DNA of 64,000 nt from Escherichia coli. Its GTDB lineage: Bacteria > Pseudomonadota > Gammaproteobacteria > Enterobacterales > Enterobacteriaceae. The stretch is taken from assembly GCF_029227855.1 (NCBI RefSeq), contig NZ_CP074356.1; one strand, written 5' to 3'. Position 1 is the stretch's first letter. The number at the start of each line of letters is the position of its first letter. Under the pieces are notes generated by a model. It was not told the DNA's origin. It was given only the letters and a program-made list of their open reading frames with translations, and did not search any database. Made by a program: the position numbers and the translations under genes. Below are positions 60,060 to 64,000 of this stretch, one piece after another.

Positions 60060-61881
60060 GAATCGACTCCTTGTGCCAGGCGATGAGTAGCCCAGTAGCT
60101 ACCGCGTTGCGCGGACCTTCGCTACCACGGATATTCCCCCGTCCGGCGACCAATCGATAATGCGCCAATGCATCGGTGACTAACTGCGGTACTTCGAAAT
60201 CCAGCGAAGAACCGCCCACCAGAACGACGAACGGAATATCGCGAATATTTCCGGCAGGGCTTACCTGACGTAGCGCGCGCAGGGCATTGGTTACGAAGAC
60301 ACGCTCTTTCGCACTGCGGCGGACAGCGCGTACTTTTTCCAGCGTCAAATCACCGGGAATGGGCACCAGTTCGTCGGGTTTCACTACACAGACGCGGGCA
60401 AATACATGGGGGGATAGGGGAGTAGGGAAGAACTGAACGCTGCCATCTTCATGGCGTAAGTGGAACAGGCTTTCTACTTTTGCCAACGGGTACTTTTTGA
60501 TTTCTTCTGCCAGATAACGATCATTTAAGCCCAGCTCACGAGCGATAATCATCGTTACCATGTCGCCCGCTCCCGCAAGGTGAGTGGCAACAATTTCTCC
60601 TTTCTGATTGATGATGGAGGCATCGGTAGAGCCTGCACCTAAGTCCAGAATTGCCAGTGGACGTGTGGTTCCAGGGGTAGTCAAGGCCCCCTGAATGGCG
60701 GCTTCTGCTTCTGCGCCTCCGACCTGAACATCAACATGCAGTTTTTGCTTAATTTCACTGGCGATCATTGCCATTTGCAGACGGTCGGATTTCACCATAG
60801 AGGCAATACCCACAGCCTGTTCCAGTGAAAATTCACCTGCCAGACCGCCGGTTACGCTGACGGGGACAGAGGTATCTATCGCCAGCAAATCCTGAATAAA
60901 AATTTCGTTGCTGGGTTTGTTGGTCAGTTCCGCCATGGTCTGGCGAACATGTTCCAGCATTCCGCCGATGTTGGTGCCTGGTTCTCCCGTCACGTTTTCC
61001 AGTTTTGGGCACTCACCGACCGCTTTCATAATGGCATCGGCACCAGCAGCTACATCAACGCGCGTTGTGCGCCCGGCAGAAAGCAGTTCGATATTTCCGG
61101 CGGGTATCGAACGGGCTTTAACGTCGCCAGAAGGCGTTTTCACTACCACTGCTGAACGGTTGCCGATTAGCGCCCGCGCGACAGGAACAATATTTTTAGT
61201 CTCTTCAGCATTGAGGGCGAAAACGGTGGCAATCCCATACGGGTTAGACAGGGTTTCGATAACTTTCCCGGGAACGGCAACTTCAATTGCAGCCAGCATG
61301 CCGAGCGGAATACGATCGATGTAGAGGACTTCATCAACAATAGGTACAGCAATTTCCAGGCGGTTACTGACCAGCACGCCATCGTCGCGTTGCAGAATAA
61401 CGCCAGTCAGCTGATATCCGGCACGTACGGAGGCGTTTATCATCGTCGCGATATCGGCAAAATCAAATGCCGATGACACCACCAGGATGTAAGGTGTGTC
61501 CGCCGGGCGTGTTAATAACTCTTGCGGAGTGATGGTGAGCCCTACGCCCAGCCCCACTCCGCCCGGAGTTTTCGGGTTGTGACCGATCATGGTTGATTCG
61601 GTGATGATGGTTTCAGTGATGGTTTCCATCGCCACATCACCAATGACCGGAGTTGCTTCGTTGATACGAATAAGCGAAATATCGCTAACATTGATGCCGA
61701 CTTTTTTCGTTGCCTGTGCGAGCGCCTCCTGAATACCATGGACGTTACGCAACGTACCTTTAATTCCGGTGGTTTCCGCCAGGGCGCTACTCACGAACGA
61801 CAACTCTCCAGTTGCACTGAGCGTTGCCAGCGCAACCTCTGTTGATGAGTTGCCGATATCAATGCCTGCTATATATCGCAT
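60049..61881 (-). CDS. pduG: PduG, diol dehydratase reactivase large subunit
   Basis: 610 aa; MRYIAGIDIGNSSTEVALA N-terminus (ASKHA ATPase fold). Confidence 0.92.
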   Translation of the reverse strand: MRYIAGIDIGNSSTEVALATLSATGELSFVSSALAETTGIKGTLRNVHGIQEALAQATKKVGINVSDISLIRINEATPVIGDVAMETITETIITESTMIGHNPKTPGGVGLGVGLTITPQELLTRPADTPYILVVSSAFDFADIATMINASVRAGYQLTGVILQRDDGVLVSNRLEIAVPIVDEVLYIDRIPLGMLAAIEVAVPGKVIETLSNPYGIATVFALNAEETKNIVPVARALIGNRSAVVVKTPSGDVKARSIPAGNIELLSAGRTTRVDVAAGADAIMKAVGECPKLENVTGEPGTNIGGMLEHVRQTMAELTNKPSNEIFIQDLLAIDTSVPVSVTGGLAGEFSLEQAVGIASMVKSDRLQMAMIASEIKQKLHVDVQVGGAEAEAAIQGALTTPGTTRPLAILDLGAGSTDASIINQKGEIVATHLAGAGDMVTMIIARELGLNDRYLAEEIKKYPLAKVESLFHLRHEDGSVQFFPTPLSPHVFARVCVVKPDELVPIPGDLTLEKVRAVRRSAKERVFVTNALRALRQVSPAGNIRDIPFVVLVGGSSLDFEVPQLVTDALAHYRLVAGRGNIRGSEGPRNAVATGLLIAWHKESIHGK

Positions 61882-61890
61882 AGTTCGTCC

Positions 61891-62409
61891 TTAATCGTCG
61901 CCTTTCAGTTTTTTGCGCTCGACATAAAGTTCCGCAGCTTCACGGACAAATGCAGCACAAATTTTGGCCTGATAACGCCGTTCAAGATCGTCAGCAATGG
62001 CAATAAGTTCTTGCTTAGTCGAACGATAAGGGCGTAACGCATTGTAGATTTCGAGGATGCGATCATCCGGTACTGAGGTAAGCTCAGCGGCGCGTTCAAA
62101 ATTCATCGCCAGGCGATCGCGACCAGCATCTCTGGCAATCGCGGCCTGAATACGCAATGTTTCAGGGGTTATACGCATATCCTGGGCGGTGACGTTATCG
62201 CTGAGTACATTTTCCAGAGTGAAATCGTCGAGCGTTTTATTGGTCGCCGTTTTAACCCATTCCGGATGTTTATTTGCCAGCGGATAATCCGTCACTTTGG
62301 CGCTCTGTATTGACGCGTTGGGTGCCGCAGAAACAGGAGCTGCATCCTGTAAACTGTTCATGCGATTCAACACGTCCCTGACCATCGACTCAATTGCATC
62401 GGTATTCAT
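61891..62409 (-). CDS. pduE: PduE, B12-dependent diol dehydratase small (gamma) subunit
   Basis: 172 aa; matches recalled PduE. Confidence 0.9.
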   Translation of the reverse strand: MNTDAIESMVRDVLNRMNSLQDAAPVSAAPNASIQSAKVTDYPLANKHPEWVKTATNKTLDDFTLENVLSDNVTAQDMRITPETLRIQAAIARDAGRDRLAMNFERAAELTSVPDDRILEIYNALRPYRSTKQELIAIADDLERRYQAKICAAFVREAAELYVERKKLKGDD

Positions 62410-62423
62410 GAAGGTTTCCTTTG

Positions 62424-63092
62424 TTAAAACGTCACGCGCAGTTCTTGCGGTTTTTTGCCAGTGACCACGTACTTCGTCTCTTTAATATGCAAAATGGCAG
62501 ATTTGGCCTGGTATTTCGGCCGCGCCATTTGATCGTTGAGGGTCGGCACCGGTTGTGGAGACTCACGCTTTGCATAACGCGCGGCGTTTTTGCCAATCTG
62601 ACGATAAGTTTCCAGCGTCAACAAAGGCGCTTGTGGGAATAGTTCCAGGTTAGACAAGGGAGGAAGACCTTGCTGGTGGATAACCGTTGTGCCTTTCGAC
62701 TGAATACCGATAGCAATACCTGAACCACTAAGACGATCGCCTTCGACTGCTACGAATGCGACATCGGACGATTTAAAGCAGCGAATCACACGGGCTTTAA
62801 TGCCTTCTTCTTCGATACCAGCAATCACTTCGCGCAAGATGTTTTTATGCGGAATACCGATGATATTGACGGTTTGCGCCAGGCCGAACGCCGGGCCTAC
62901 AGCAATAATGACTTCATCTTGCTGAGTGCCTTGTTGGGCTTCGCCAATTTCGGCCAGAAAAGTTCCGGTATCTGGCGCGGAAGAGACAGTTGCACAGGCA
63001 GGTGCGCGAAATGAAACGGGCTTGTCGCTGGTTTGCATTTCTGCCAGCACGTCTTCGATAATCTGACGCAGTAATTTTTCGTTAATTTCCAT
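62424..63092 (-). CDS. pduD: PduD, B12-dependent diol dehydratase medium (beta) subunit
   Basis: 222 aa; N-terminal [19 protein letters not shown] amphipathic peptide. Confidence 0.92.
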   Translation of the reverse strand: MEINEKLLRQIIEDVLAEMQTSDKPVSFRAPACATVSSAPDTGTFLAEIGEAQQGTQQDEVIIAVGPAFGLAQTVNIIGIPHKNILREVIAGIEEEGIKARVIRCFKSSDVAFVAVEGDRLSGSGIAIGIQSKGTTVIHQQGLPPLSNLELFPQAPLLTLETYRQIGKNAARYAKRESPQPVPTLNDQMARPKYQAKSAILHIKETKYVVTGKKPQELRVTF

Positions 63093-63101
63093 TTCTCACC
63101 C

Positions 63102-64000
63102 TTAGTCAATTTCGTTGGGATCAAGTGCACCGGGAATATTTTTGATCTCTTCCCAGCGTTCCCCTTGCAGGCGGTAACCTGTAGCCGGTCCGGCGTAATC
63201 ATTGACGTCATTGACCGCAGAGAGCACTTGTCCGTCATCGACGATGATGGCTGAGGTATGGAGATAATCGCCGGTCAGTTTTGCTTTTTGCATGTTGAGC
63301 ATGTCTTGGGCGACATCGGTAAAACCGCCTTGCGCCAGGGCTTTCACCACTTCCAGGCTGTTCCGGTTTTTATTGATAATCTCCTGGGCGAACTTGATGT
63401 CTTCCACAATATTGCGCTCAGGCATATCTTTTGAACCGTGGGCATAGGTTGCCGCTTCGACTTCTTCATCGGTAATAGGCGGTAGTCCCATACCGGCAAA
63501 GACAGCCTGTAAAGCGCGAGCGGCTTTATTGCGGATAGCGATAACATCTTCTTCGCGTACTGGTCGCAGGCCGCCATCAACCTTCAGGTCACGCTGAATG
63601 ACGTTGTAATCATCGAAGTCTTCAGCATCTTCGTTTGAACCAGCAAACATGTTGTCGTAGTTCGGCACAGCGGAAAAACCGGAAGAGATAAAGTCGGTAC
63701 CTGGCAGAAACTGCATCAGGAAACGTGCGGTACGGCGCATATCCGAGTGGGTAAAGGTCTGGTCATTACTGGAGGCGCATTCCAGATCCAGCGATGAGCA
63801 AATTAAGTTTTCCGCTAATACTGCGCGGATGCCTGATGGCACAGCCGATGGAACACCGATGCAGCTTACCGAACCATTCTGTAGACCCTGAACTCCTGCG
63901 GCTTTGGTGATGTAAATGCAACGAGCCTCGAGATAAAGCATTGATTTGCCTTCCGCGTAACCCATCTGTACTTCAGAGCCGGAGCCGGAAGTAAAGCGCA
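63102..64000 (-). CDS. pduC: PduC, B12-dependent diol dehydratase large (alpha) subunit, C-terminal part (5' end outside window)
   Basis: Frame open to the window edge; roughly 299 C-terminal codons including ...GPATGYRLQGERWEEIKNIPGALDPNEID-stop. Confidence 0.9.
   Translation of the reverse strand, partial: RFTSGSGSEVQMGYAEGKSMLYLEARCIYITKAAGVQGLQNGSVSCIGVPSAVPSGIRAVLAENLICSSLDLECASSNDQTFTHSDMRRTARFLMQFLPGTDFISSGFSAVPNYDNMFAGSNEDAEDFDDYNVIQRDLKVDGGLRPVREEDVIAIRNKAARALQAVFAGMGLPPITDEEVEAATYAHGSKDMPERNIVEDIKFAQEIINKNRNSLEVVKALAQGGFTDVAQDMLNMQKAKLTGDYLHTSAIIVDDGQVLSAVNDVNDYAGPATGYRLQGERWEEIKNIPGALDPNEID

Overview
This window reads as a contiguous chromosomal segment of a non-K-12 Escherichia coli-type genome, in reverse orientation relative to the usual K-12 map. 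Calls rest on reading the six-frame translations against recalled E. coli K-12 and Salmonella protein sequences and on motifs visible in the DNA; no database search was run. In order: (1) the 3' end of wzc and the complete colanic acid cluster wcaA through wcaM (1..19832), then galF; (2) a JUMPStart/ops element and an AT-rich, seven-gene O-antigen cluster of unidentified serogroup (wzy, GT2, wzx, GT32-like, GT2, GT4, gne), then gnd; (3) an IS200-type insertion sequence between gnd and ugd; (4) ugd and wzzB; (5) the complete his operon hisLGDCBHAFI on the minus strand with its leader peptide and attenuator; (6) the yefM-yoeB toxin-antitoxin pair, yeeZ, yeeY, plaP, yeeE, yeeD, sbcB, dacD, sbmC (with LexA box), yeeA and yeeX; (7) a minus-strand propanediol-utilisation (pdu) bacterial microcompartment operon, pduC (partial at the window edge) through pduV, ending directly next to yeeX with no pduW or pduX. 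I did not find a system that looks genuinely undescribed: every gene falls into a known family. The parts most worth a second look are the unassigned O-antigen cluster, the IS200 insertion, and the pdu operon boundary at yeeX.
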